A DNA stretch of 6,580 nt, taken from IMG/VR virus record IMGVR_UViG_2713896780_000002. The stretch is one strand, 5' to 3'. The position numbers and the translations under genes were made by a program. The notes beneath the pieces are model-generated. The model did no database searches. It saw only the letters and a list, made by a program, of their open reading frames with translations, and had not been told where the DNA came from. Of the stretch, positions 1 to 6,580 are shown in pieces. Every line of letters starts with the position of its first letter. Within the stretch, counting starts at the first letter, position 1. Source of the DNA: a virus. Taxonomy: Duplodnaviria > Heunggongvirae > Uroviricota > Caudoviricetes.

Positions 1-26
1 CACCCATTAACCACGGAGTTAAACGG

Positions 27-1217
27 ATGAGTGACTATCATCACGGCGTGCAGGTGCTGGAGATTAACGACGGCACCCGCGTCATTTCCACCGTATCCAC
101 TGCCATTGTCGGCATGGTCTGCACGGCCAGCGATGCGGATGCGGAAACCTTCCCCCTCAATAAACCTGTGCTGATTACCAATGTGCAGAGCGCAATTGCA
201 AAGGCCGGTAAAAAAGGCACGCTGGCGGCGTCGTTGCAGGCCATCGCTGACCAGTCAAAACCGGTCACCGTAGTCGTGCGTGTGGAAGACGGCACCGGCG
301 ACGACGAAGAAACGAAACTTGCGCAGACTGTTTCCAATATCATCGGCACCACCGACGAAAACGGTCAGTACACCGGACTGAAAGCCCTGCTGGCGGCGGA
401 GTCGGTTACCGGTGTTAAACCGCGTATTCTCGGTGTGCCGGGACTGGACACCAAAGAGGTGGCGGTTGCACTGGCATCAGTCTGTCAGAAGTTGCGCGCT
501 TTCGGGTATATCAGCGCATGGGGCTGTAAAACCATTTCCGAGGTGAAAGCTTACCGCCAGAATTTCAGCCAGCGTGAGCTGATGGTCATCTGGCCGGATT
601 TCCTCGCATGGGATACGGTCACCAGTATCACCGCCACCGCGTATGCAACCGCCCGTGCACTGGGGCTGCGTGCCAAAATCGACCAGGAGCAGGGCTGGCA
701 TAAAACGCTGTCCAATGTCGGGGTGAACGGTGTTACCGGCATCAGCGCATCTGTATTCTGGGATTTGCAGGAGTCCGGCACCGATGCTGACCTGCTTAAC
801 GAGTCAGGCGTCACTACGCTGATTCGCCGCGACGGTTTCCGCTTCTGGGGTAACCGTACCTGCTCTGATGACCAGCTGTTCCTCTTTGAAAACTACACCC
901 GCACCGCGCAGGTGCTGGCCGACACGATGGCTGAGGCGCACATGTGGGCGGTGGACAAGCCCATCACCGCAACGCTGATTCGCGACATCGTTGACGGCAT
1001 CAATGCCAAATTCCGTGAGCTGAAAACAAACGGCTATATCGTGGATGCGACCTGCTGGTTCAGCGAAGAATCCAACGATGCGGAAACCCTCAAGGCCGGA
1101 AAACTGTATATCGACTACGACTATACACCGGTGCCTCCTCTTGAAAACCTGACCCTGCGCCAGCGTATTACCGATAAATACCTGGCAAATCTGGTCACCT
1201 CGGTTAACAGCAATTAA
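27..1217 (+). CDS. FI: Contractile tail sheath protein (P2 gpFI-like)
   Basis: 396-aa ORF with GGAG Shine-Dalgarno at 15-18, 8 nt before the ATG at 27. The translation (MSDYHHGVQVLEIN...RITDKYLANLVTSVNSN) reads as the P2 FI sheath protein as I recall it. It sits first in the FI-FII-E-T-U-D order and is followed 12 nt later by the tube gene. Confidence 0.93.
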   Translation: MSDYHHGVQVLEINDGTRVISTVSTAIVGMVCTASDADAETFPLNKPVLITNVQSAIAKAGKKGTLAASLQAIADQSKPVTVVVRVEDGTGDDEETKLAQTVSNIIGTTDENGQYTGLKALLAAESVTGVKPRILGVPGLDTKEVAVALASVCQKLRAFGYISAWGCKTISEVKAYRQNFSQRELMVIWPDFLAWDTVTSITATAYATARALGLRAKIDQEQGWHKTLSNVGVNGVTGISASVFWDLQESGTDADLLNESGVTTLIRRDGFRFWGNRTCSDDQLFLFENYTRTAQVLADTMAEAHMWAVDKPITATLIRDIVDGINAKFRELKTNGYIVDATCWFSEESNDAETLKAGKLYIDYDYTPVPPLENLTLRQRITDKYLANLVTSVNSN

Positions 1218-1229
1218 GGAGCCTGACCG

Positions 1230-1748
1230 ATGGCAATGCCGCGCAAACTCAAGTTAATGAACGTCTTTCTGAACGGCTACAGCTATCAGGGCGTCGCGAA
1301 GTCCGTCACGCTACCAAAACTGACCCGTAAGCTCGAAAACTATCGCGGTGCGGGGATGAACGGCAGCGCACCGGTAGACCTCGGCCTTGATGACGATGCG
1401 CTGTCAATGGAGTGGTCGCTCGGTGGCTTCCCGGATTCGGTTATCTGGGAGCTTTACGCCGCAACCGGTGTGGATGCCGTACCGATTCGTTTTGCAGGTT
1501 CTTACCAGCGCGACGATACCGGCGAAACGGTGGCCGTCGAGGTGGTCATGCGTGGACGTCAGAAAGAAATCGACACCGGCGAGGGGAAACAGGGAGAAGA
1601 TACCGAGTCGAAAATCTCCGTGGTCTGCACCTATTTCCGGCTGACGATGGACGGTAAGGAGCTGGTCGAAATCGACACCATCAACATGATTGAGAAGGTG
1701 AACGGCGTCGACCGGCTGGAGCAACACCGCCGCAATATCGGCCTGTGA
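1230..1748 (+). CDS. FII: Tail tube protein (P2 gpFII-like)
   Basis: 172-aa ORF (MAMPRKLKLMNVFLNGYSYQG...) with TAAGGAG at 1215-1221 overlapping the FI stop codon, 8 nt before the ATG. Size and position immediately after the sheath gene fit the tube protein. Confidence 0.93.
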   Translation: MAMPRKLKLMNVFLNGYSYQGVAKSVTLPKLTRKLENYRGAGMNGSAPVDLGLDDDALSMEWSLGGFPDSVIWELYAATGVDAVPIRFAGSYQRDDTGETVAVEVVMRGRQKEIDTGEGKQGEDTESKISVVCTYFRLTMDGKELVEIDTINMIEKVNGVDRLEQHRRNIGL

Positions 1749-1755
1749 TTTTCAT

Positions 1756-1776
1756 CCGGTCAGCCTGACTGACCGG
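1756..1776 (+). other. Perfect 8-bp inverted repeat (hairpin) in the FII-E intergenic region
   Basis: CCGGTCAG (1756-1763) and its exact reverse complement CTGACCGG (1769-1776) flank a 5-nt loop CCTGA, starting 8 nt after the FII stop. No U-tract follows, so it is not a canonical intrinsic terminator. Confidence 0.4.
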
Positions 1777-1804
1777 TTAACCCCGATTCAGAAGTGAGAA
1801 AACC

Positions 1805-2080
1805 ATGAACAAAGAAAATGTGATTACCCTGGACAATCCGGTCAAGCGTGGTGAGCAGGTTATCGAACAGGTCACGCTGATGAAACCTAATGCCGGGACG
1901 CTGCGCGGTGTCAGTCTGGCTGCGGTCGCAAACTCCGAAGTCGATGCACTGATTAAAGTGCTGCCTCGCATGACGGCACCGATGCTGACCGAGCAGGAGG
2001 TCGCCGCGCTGGAACTGCCTGACCTTGTGGCGCTGGCCGGTAAGGTGGTCGGTTTTTTGTCGCCGAACTCGGTGCAGTAA
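1805..2080 (+). CDS. E: Tail assembly chaperone (P2 gpE-like)
   Basis: 91-aa ORF (MNKENVITLDNPVKRGEQ...GFLSPNSVQ) lying between the tube and tape-measure genes, the conserved position of the tail chaperone. A T6G slippery run sits near its 3' end. Confidence 0.88.
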   Translation: MNKENVITLDNPVKRGEQVIEQVTLMKPNAGTLRGVSLAAVANSEVDALIKVLPRMTAPMLTEQEVAALELPDLVALAGKVVGFLSPNSVQ

Positions 2081-2232
2081 CGTTCCCGAAAAATCTCTCG
2101 GTCGATGACCTGATGGCGGATGTGGCAGTGATATTTCACTGGCCGCCATCAGAACTGTATCCCATGAGCCTGACCGAACTCATCACATGGCGCGAAAAGG
2201 CGCTCCGGCGAAGCGGAAACACGAATGAGTAA
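1805..2232 (+). CDS. E': Tail assembly chaperone frameshift product (P2 gpE+E'-like), made by a -1 frameshift at 2053-2059
   Basis: My manual translation after the slip, from codon 2059, gives VAELGAVTFPKNLSVDDLMADVAVIFHWPPSELYPMSLTELITWREKALRRSGNTNE, then the stop at 2230-2232. That is 85 aa in the E frame plus 57 aa in the -1 frame, about 142 aa. The -1 frame is open for the full extension and the stop overlaps the T start. This product is not in the ORF track because it requires recoding. Confidence 0.8.
2053..2059 (+). other. Slippery heptamer TTTTTTG for the programmed -1 ribosomal frameshift (E to E+E')
   Basis: In the E frame the codons are GGT TTT TTG (2051-2059). A shift to -1 here opens a reading frame that runs to the TAA at 2230-2232. 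A T6G slip site at the end of E is the established mechanism in the P2 FETUD operon. Confidence 0.8.
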
Positions 2233-4672
2233 CAATGTAAAATTACAGGTATTGCTCAGGGCTGTTGACCAGGCATCCCGCCCGTTTAAATCCATCCGCA
2301 CAGCGAGTAAGTCGCTGTCGGGGGATATCCGGGAAACACAAAAATCACTGCGCGAGCTGAATGGTCACGCATCCCGTATTGAGGGATTTCGCAAGACCAG
2401 CGCACAGCTTGCCGTGACTGGTCATGCACTTGAAAAGGCACGGCAGGAAGCCGAAGCACTTGCCACACAGTTTAAAAACACCGAACGTCCGACCCGTGCT
2501 CAGGCGAAAGTGCTGGAATCCGCAAAGCGTGCGGCGGAGGACTTACAGGCGAAATATAACCGCCTGACGGATTCCGTTAAACGCCAGCAGCGGGAACTGG
2601 CCGCTGTGGGAATTAATACCCGCAATCTTGCACATGATGAGCAGGGACTGAAAAGCCGTATCAGTGAAACCACCGTACAGCTTAACCGTCAGCGTGATGC
2701 GCTGGCGCGTGTCAGTGCGCAACAGGCAAAACTTAACGCAGTCAAACAGCGTTATCAGGCAGGAAAAGAACTGGCCGGAAATATGGCCTCGGTGGGCGCT
2801 GCCGGTGTGGGGATTGCGGCGGCGGGAACGATGGCCGGAGTTAAGTTGCTGATGCCCGGTTATGAGTTTGCGCAGAAAAACTCAGAATTGCAGGCCGTGC
2901 TAGGTGTGGCAAAAGACTCCGCCGAAATGGCCGCGCTCCGCAAACAGGCGCGCCAGCTCGGCGACAATACCGCCGCCTCGGCGGATGATGCAGCCGGTGC
3001 GCAGATTATCATTGCGAAAGCGGGTGGTGATGCTGCGGCTATTCAGGCGGCAACGCCGGTCACGCTGAATATGGCACTGGCGAATCAGCGGTCGATGGAA
3101 GAAAACGCGCAACTGTTGCTGGGGACTAAGGCATCCTTTCAACTGTCAAATGATGATGTCAGCCATGTGGGCGACGTGTTGTCGGCAACGATGAATAAGT
3201 CGGCGGCTGATTTTCAGGGACTCAGTGATGCACTGACTTACCTCGGTCCGGTTGCGAGGACGGCAGGTGTAAGTCTTGAGCAGGCAGCGGCCATGACAGG
3301 TGTGCTGCATGACAATAACATCAGGGGGTCAATGGCGGGTACGGGTAGTAGTGCCGTTGTCACCCGATTACAGGCTCCGACAGGGAAAGCATGGGAAGCA
3401 CTAAAAGAGCTTGGCGTTAAAACCTCGGACAAAAAGGGAAATATGCGTCCGTTGTTCACCATTCTGAAAGAGATTCAGGCCAGCTTTGATAAACACAAGC
3501 TGGGAACGTCTCAGAAGGGGGAATACCTTAAAACCATTTTTGGTGAGGAAGCACTGAAATCAGCGAACGTTTTACTGGCAGCGGCAGCAAGCGGAAAACT
3601 GGATAAGCTGACCGCCACGCTGAAAGCCTCGGACGGTAAAACGGAAGAGCTGGTTAAAATCATGCAGGATAACCTCGGTGGTGACTTTAAGGAGTTTCAG
3701 TCCGCTTATGAGGCGGTGGGGACTGACCTGTTTGACCAGCAGGAAGGCACACTGCGTAAGCTCACGCAGACGGCCACAAAGTATGTGTTAAAACTCGACG
3801 GCTGGATACAGAAAAACAAATCACTGGCGTCAACCATTGGCCTCATTGCCGGTGGCGCACTGGCGCTGACTGGTGTCATCGGTGCCATTGGCCTTGTAGC
3901 CTGGCCGGTTATCACCGGCATCAATGCCATTATCGCGGCAGCAGGCGCAATGGGGGCAATCTTCACGACGGTTGGCAGTGCTGTTATGACCGCCATCGGG
4001 GCGATTAGCTGGCCGGTTGTGGCCGTGGTGGCCGCCATTGTCGCCGGGGCGTTGCTTATCCGTAAATACTGGGAGCCTGTCAGCGCATTCTTTGGCGGTG
4101 TGATGGAAGGGCTGAAAGCGGCATTTGCGCCGGTGGGGGAACTGTTCACGCCACTTAAGCCGGTGTTTGACTGGCTGGGCGAAAAGTTACAGGCCGCGTG
4201 GCAGTGGTTTAAAAACCTGATTGCCCCGGTCAAAGCCACCCAGGACACCCTGAACCGTTGCCGTGATACTGGCGTCATGTTCGGGCAGGCACTGGCTGAC
4301 GCGCTGATGCTGCCGCTTAATGCGTTCAACAAACTGCGCAGCGGTATTGACTGGGTACTGGAAAAACTCGGCGTCATCAACAAAGAGTCTGACGCACTTG
4401 ACCAGACTGCCGCCAGAACTCATGCCGCCACGTATGGCACAGGTGGTTATATTCCGGCGACCAGCTCTTATGCAGGCTATCAGGCTTATCAGCCGGTTAC
4501 GGCACCGGCTGGCCGCTCTTATGTGGACCAGAGTAAAAACGAATATCACATCAGCCTGACGGGTGGTACTGCGCCGGGGACACAGCTTGACCGCCAGTTA
4601 CAGGATGCACTCGAAAAATACGAGCGGGATAAACGTGCGCGCGCCCGTGCCAGCATGATGCATGACGGTTAA
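2225..4672 (+). CDS. T: Tail tape measure protein (P2 gpT-like)
   Basis: 815-aa ORF whose ATG at 2225 overlaps the E' stop (ATGAGTAA). The N-terminal half is helical and rich in A/Q/K/R/E, coiled-coil-like. A long Gly/Ala/Ile/Val-rich hydrophobic segment (LIAGGALALTGVIGAIGLVAWPVITGINAIIAAAGAMGAIFTTVGSAVMTAIGAISWPVVAVVAAIVAGALLI) sits at about 3830-4070. These are typical tape-measure features, and the gene follows the chaperone pair. Confidence 0.93.
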   Translation: MSNNVKLQVLLRAVDQASRPFKSIRTASKSLSGDIRETQKSLRELNGHASRIEGFRKTSAQLAVTGHALEKARQEAEALATQFKNTERPTRAQAKVLESAKRAAEDLQAKYNRLTDSVKRQQRELAAVGINTRNLAHDEQGLKSRISETTVQLNRQRDALARVSAQQAKLNAVKQRYQAGKELAGNMASVGAAGVGIAAAGTMAGVKLLMPGYEFAQKNSELQAVLGVAKDSAEMAALRKQARQLGDNTAASADDAAGAQIIIAKAGGDAAAIQAATPVTLNMALANQRSMEENAQLLLGTKASFQLSNDDVSHVGDVLSATMNKSAADFQGLSDALTYLGPVARTAGVSLEQAAAMTGVLHDNNIRGSMAGTGSSAVVTRLQAPTGKAWEALKELGVKTSDKKGNMRPLFTILKEIQASFDKHKLGTSQKGEYLKTIFGEEALKSANVLLAAAASGKLDKLTATLKASDGKTEELVKIMQDNLGGDFKEFQSAYEAVGTDLFDQQEGTLRKLTQTATKYVLKLDGWIQKNKSLASTIGLIAGGALALTGVIGAIGLVAWPVITGINAIIAAAGAMGAIFTTVGSAVMTAIGAISWPVVAVVAAIVAGALLIRKYWEPVSAFFGGVMEGLKAAFAPVGELFTPLKPVFDWLGEKLQAAWQWFKNLIAPVKATQDTLNRCRDTGVMFGQALADALMLPLNAFNKLRSGIDWVLEKLGVINKESDALDQTAARTHAATYGTGGYIPATSSYAGYQAYQPVTAPAGRSYVDQSKNEYHISLTGGTAPGTQLDRQLQDALEKYERDKRARARASMMHDG

Positions 4673-4686
4673 GGAGGTAACGAAAA

Positions 4687-5166
4687 ATGATGCTCGCGTT
4701 AGGTATGTTTGTTTTTATGCGCCAGACGCTGCCACACCAGACCATGCAGCGTGAATCAGATTATCGCTGGCCGTCAAATTCCCGTATCGGCAAACGGGAT
4801 GCCTTTCAGTTTCTCGGTACGGGTGAGGAAAACATCACGCTTGCCGGTGTGCTTTATCCTGAACTGACCGGCGGAAAGCTGACGATGACCACGCTCAGGC
4901 TGATGGCAGAGGAAGGCCGGGCGTGGCCGTTGCTGGATGGCACCGGCATGATTTACGGCATGTATGTCATCAGCAAGGTGAGTGAAACAGGGAGTATTTT
5001 CTTTGCAGACGGCACACCCCGAAAAATTGATTTTACGCTGTCGCTCACCCGTGTTGATGAATCACTGGCCGCGCTTTATGGCGATATCGGTAAACAGGCG
5101 GAATCGCTCATCGGTAAGGCTGGCAGTATGGCGGCTAAATTCACGGGTATGACGGGGGCGGAATAA
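4687..5166 (+). CDS. U: Tail protein U (P2 gpU-like; Phage_tail_U family)
   Basis: 159-aa ORF (MMLALGMFVFMRQTLPHQT...) with a strong AAGGAGGT Shine-Dalgarno at 4671-4678 overlapping the T stop, 8 nt before the ATG at 4687. A second in-frame ATG lies at 4690. Position between T and D fits gpU. Confidence 0.9.
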   Translation: MMLALGMFVFMRQTLPHQTMQRESDYRWPSNSRIGKRDAFQFLGTGEENITLAGVLYPELTGGKLTMTTLRLMAEEGRAWPLLDGTGMIYGMYVISKVSETGSIFFADGTPRKIDFTLSLTRVDESLAALYGDIGKQAESLIGKAGSMAAKFTGMTGAE

Positions 5167-6329
5167 TGCTGGATGCGCGGACATTTGATGCAGGCAGTAC
5201 GCTGACGCCGGATTACATGCTGATGCTCGACAGCAGGGATATTACCGGCAATATCAGCGACCGTCTGATGAGCATGACTCTGACGGATAACCGGGGCTTT
5301 GAGGCTGACCAGCTTGATATTGAACTGAACGATGCCGACGGGCAGGTCGGACTGCCGGTTCGTGGCGCTGTCCTGACGGTGTATATCGGCTGGAAAGGTT
5401 TTGCCCTGGTATGCAAAGGGAAATTTACCGTTGATGAGGTTGAACACCGGGGCGCGCCGGATGTGGTCACCATCCGCGCCCGGAGTGCAGATTTCCGCGG
5501 GACGCTCAATTCCCGCCGTGAAGGTTCATGGCATGACACCACGCTCGGTGCGATTGTTGAGGCGATAGCCTCCCGTAACAGGCTGGAAGCCAGTGTCGCT
5601 CCGTCACTGGCCGGAATTAAAATCCCGCACATCGACCAGTCGCAGGAGTCTGATGCAAAATTCCTGACCCGCCTTGCTGAACGCAACGGCGGTGAGGTGT
5701 CGGTAAAAATGGGAAAACTGCTGTTTCTCAAAGCGGGGCAGGGGATGACGACCAGCGGTAAAAAAATCCCGCAGATTACCATCACCCGCAGCGACGGCGA
5801 CCGTCATCATTTTGCGATTGCTGACCGTGGAGCCTATACCGGCGTAACGGCAAAGTGGCTTCACACCAAAGACCCGAAGCCGCAAAAGCAGAAGGTAAAA
5901 CTGAAACGCAAAAAGAAAGAGAAACACCTGCGCGCACTGGAGCACCCCAAAGCGAAACCGGTCAGGCAGAAGAAAGCGCCAAAAGTACCGGAAGCGCGCG
6001 AAGGTGAATACATGGCCGGTGAGGCTGACAACGTTTTTGCCCTGACCACGGTATATGCCACGAAAGCACAGGCCATGCGTGCCGCTCAGGCGAAGTGGGA
6101 TAAACTGCAACGGGGCGTTGCGGAGTTCTCCATCAGCCTGGCTACCGGTCGTGCAGATATTTACACGGAAACACCGGTTAAAGTGTCAGGCTTTAAGCGC
6201 GTCATAGACGAGCAGGACTGGACAATCACTAAGGTGACACATTTTCTGAATAATAGCGGCTTCACGACGTCCCTGGAGCTTGAGGTCAGGCTTTCTGATG
6301 TGGAGTACGAAACAGAAGGTGATGAGTGA
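5166..6329 (+). CDS. D: Tail/baseplate hub protein D (P2 gpD-like late control gene D; gp27/VgrG N-terminal-like family)
   Basis: 387-aa ORF whose ATG overlaps the U stop by 1 nt (TAATG at 5164-5168). The translation (MLDARTFDAGSTLTPDYMLMLDSRDITG...) fits the phage GPD family. It carries an internal Lys-rich basic segment and is the last gene of the tail operon before ogr. Confidence 0.9.
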   Translation: MLDARTFDAGSTLTPDYMLMLDSRDITGNISDRLMSMTLTDNRGFEADQLDIELNDADGQVGLPVRGAVLTVYIGWKGFALVCKGKFTVDEVEHRGAPDVVTIRARSADFRGTLNSRREGSWHDTTLGAIVEAIASRNRLEASVAPSLAGIKIPHIDQSQESDAKFLTRLAERNGGEVSVKMGKLLFLKAGQGMTTSGKKIPQITITRSDGDRHHFAIADRGAYTGVTAKWLHTKDPKPQKQKVKLKRKKKEKHLRALEHPKAKPVRQKKAPKVPEAREGEYMAGEADNVFALTTVYATKAQAMRAAQAKWDKLQRGVAEFSISLATGRADIYTETPVKVSGFKRVIDEQDWTITKVTHFLNNSGFTTSLELEVRLSDVEYETEGDE

Positions 6330-6347
6330 TGTGTTTTATTTATCTGT

Positions 6348-6376
6348 TTGTTTTATAAGGATAAATTAACTAAAAT
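6348..6376 (+). promoter_or_regulatory. Candidate sigma70 promoter for ogr (TTGTTT-N17-TAAAAT)
   Basis: In the AT-rich 81-bp D-ogr gap, TTGTTT (6348-6353) and TAAAAT (6371-6376) are separated by a 17-nt spacer. A GGAAGAGG Shine-Dalgarno (6395-6402) lies 8 nt before the ogr ATG. This is a sequence-pattern call only. Confidence 0.4.
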
Positions 6377-6410
6377 GGCACCATCAACAAAACCGGAAGA
6401 GGTGCTCGCG

Positions 6411-6580
6411 ATGTTTCATTGTCCTTTATGCCAGCATGCCGCACATGCGCGTACAAGTCGCTATATCACTGACACGACAAAAGAGCGTTATCACCAGTGT
6501 CAGAACGTGAATTGCAGCGCCACGTTCATCACTTATGAGTCGGTACAGAGATACATCGTGAAGCCGGGAGAAGTCCACGC
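6411..6580 (+). CDS. ogr: Late-gene transcriptional activator Ogr (zinc-finger, Ogr/Delta family), 3'-truncated by the window end
   Basis: My manual translation from the ATG at 6411 is MFHCPLCQHAAHARTSRYITDTTKERYHQCQNVNCSATFITYESVQRYIVKPGEVH, 56 codons with no stop before the window ends. It carries the CxxC...CxxxxC four-cysteine zinc-binding arrangement characteristic of Ogr and matches P2 Ogr as I recall it. It is absent from the ORF track because it has no stop codon in the window. Confidence 0.85.
   Translation, partial: MFHCPLCQHAAHARTSRYITDTTKERYHQCQNVNCSATFITYESVQRYIVKPGEVH

Noticed and set aside
41-814. Minus-strand ORFs 41..352, 477..701 and 551..814
   Set aside because: They are antisense within the sheath gene FI, which fully explains this region.
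1387-1727. Plus-strand alternative-frame ORFs 1387..1644 and 1412..1657, and minus-strand ORF 1404..1727
   Set aside because: They are embedded in the tube gene FII in other frames. The products are Arg-rich and low-complexity, typical of off-frame translation of a GC-rich gene.
1760-2149. Minus-strand ORFs 1760..2149 and 1777..2139 overlapping E and E'
   Set aside because: They are antisense to the well-supported chaperone and frameshift region, with Arg/His-rich products and no start context.
3706-4383. 225-aa minus-strand ORF, along with other minus-strand ORFs at 2286..2468, 2900..3142, 3238..3462, 4187..4549 and 4551..4745
   Set aside because: All lie antisense inside the tape-measure gene. 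The translations are low-complexity (Ala/Pro/Ser/Thr-rich) with no recognisable motifs and no ribosome-binding sites. This is the expected chance open frame opposite a GC-rich coding sequence.
2664-4559. Plus-strand off-frame ORFs 2664..2852 and 4320..4559 inside T
   Set aside because: They are in alternative frames of the tape-measure gene with no ribosome-binding sites and implausible Arg/Trp-rich products.
5076-6110. Minus-strand ORFs 5076..5447, 5213..5785, 5604..6110 and 5861..6076
   Set aside because: They are antisense to the U and D genes. The 5604..6110 frame is the complement of the purine-rich Lys tract, giving Phe/Leu-rich junk. There is no independent support for them.
6330-6360. 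Possible intrinsic terminator after D (T-rich run GTGTTTTATTTATCTGTTTGTTTT)
   Set aside because: I could not find a convincing GC-rich stem immediately upstream of the T-rich run. It is more simply read as the AT-rich promoter region for ogr.
6375-6410. Upstream in-frame ATG at 6375 that would add MAPSTKPEEVLA to Ogr
   Set aside because: It has no Shine-Dalgarno and overlaps the predicted -10 element, whereas the ATG at 6411 has a GGAAGAGG site at ideal spacing and gives the canonical MFHCPLCQ N-terminus.
1-6580. A novel defense, anti-defense or other accessory system anywhere in the window
   Set aside because: Every base is accounted for by canonical P2-family tail genes or short intergenic junctions. 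There are no extra ORFs, no repeat arrays, no CRISPR-like spacing, no tRNA-like sequence and no sign of an insertion relative to the expected gene order. Claiming a new system here would not be supported by the sequence.

Overview
The whole window is one co-directional (+ strand) block that reads as the conserved contractile-tail module of a P2-family (P2-like myovirus) phage or prophage: tail sheath (FI), tail tube (FII), tail assembly chaperone E and its -1 frameshift extension E+E', tape measure (T), tail protein U, gp27/VgrG-like hub protein D, then the 5' part of the zinc-finger late activator ogr running off the window end. Gene order, tight packing and product lengths (396, 172, 91, about 142, 815, 159, 387 aa) match what I recall for P2 itself; this rests on memory and reading the translations, not on a search. 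Two real features are absent from the supplied ORF track: the E+E' frameshift product (1805..2232) and the 3'-truncated ogr (6411..6580). I looked on both strands for inserted cargo such as defense or anti-defense genes, toxin-antitoxin pairs, or RNA genes and found none. Intergenic gaps are 12 to 81 bp, and every minus-strand ORF lies antisense inside a well-supported plus-strand gene. My honest conclusion is that this is an ordinary, conserved structural region with no evidence of a novel system; the findings are modest regulatory and compositional observations.
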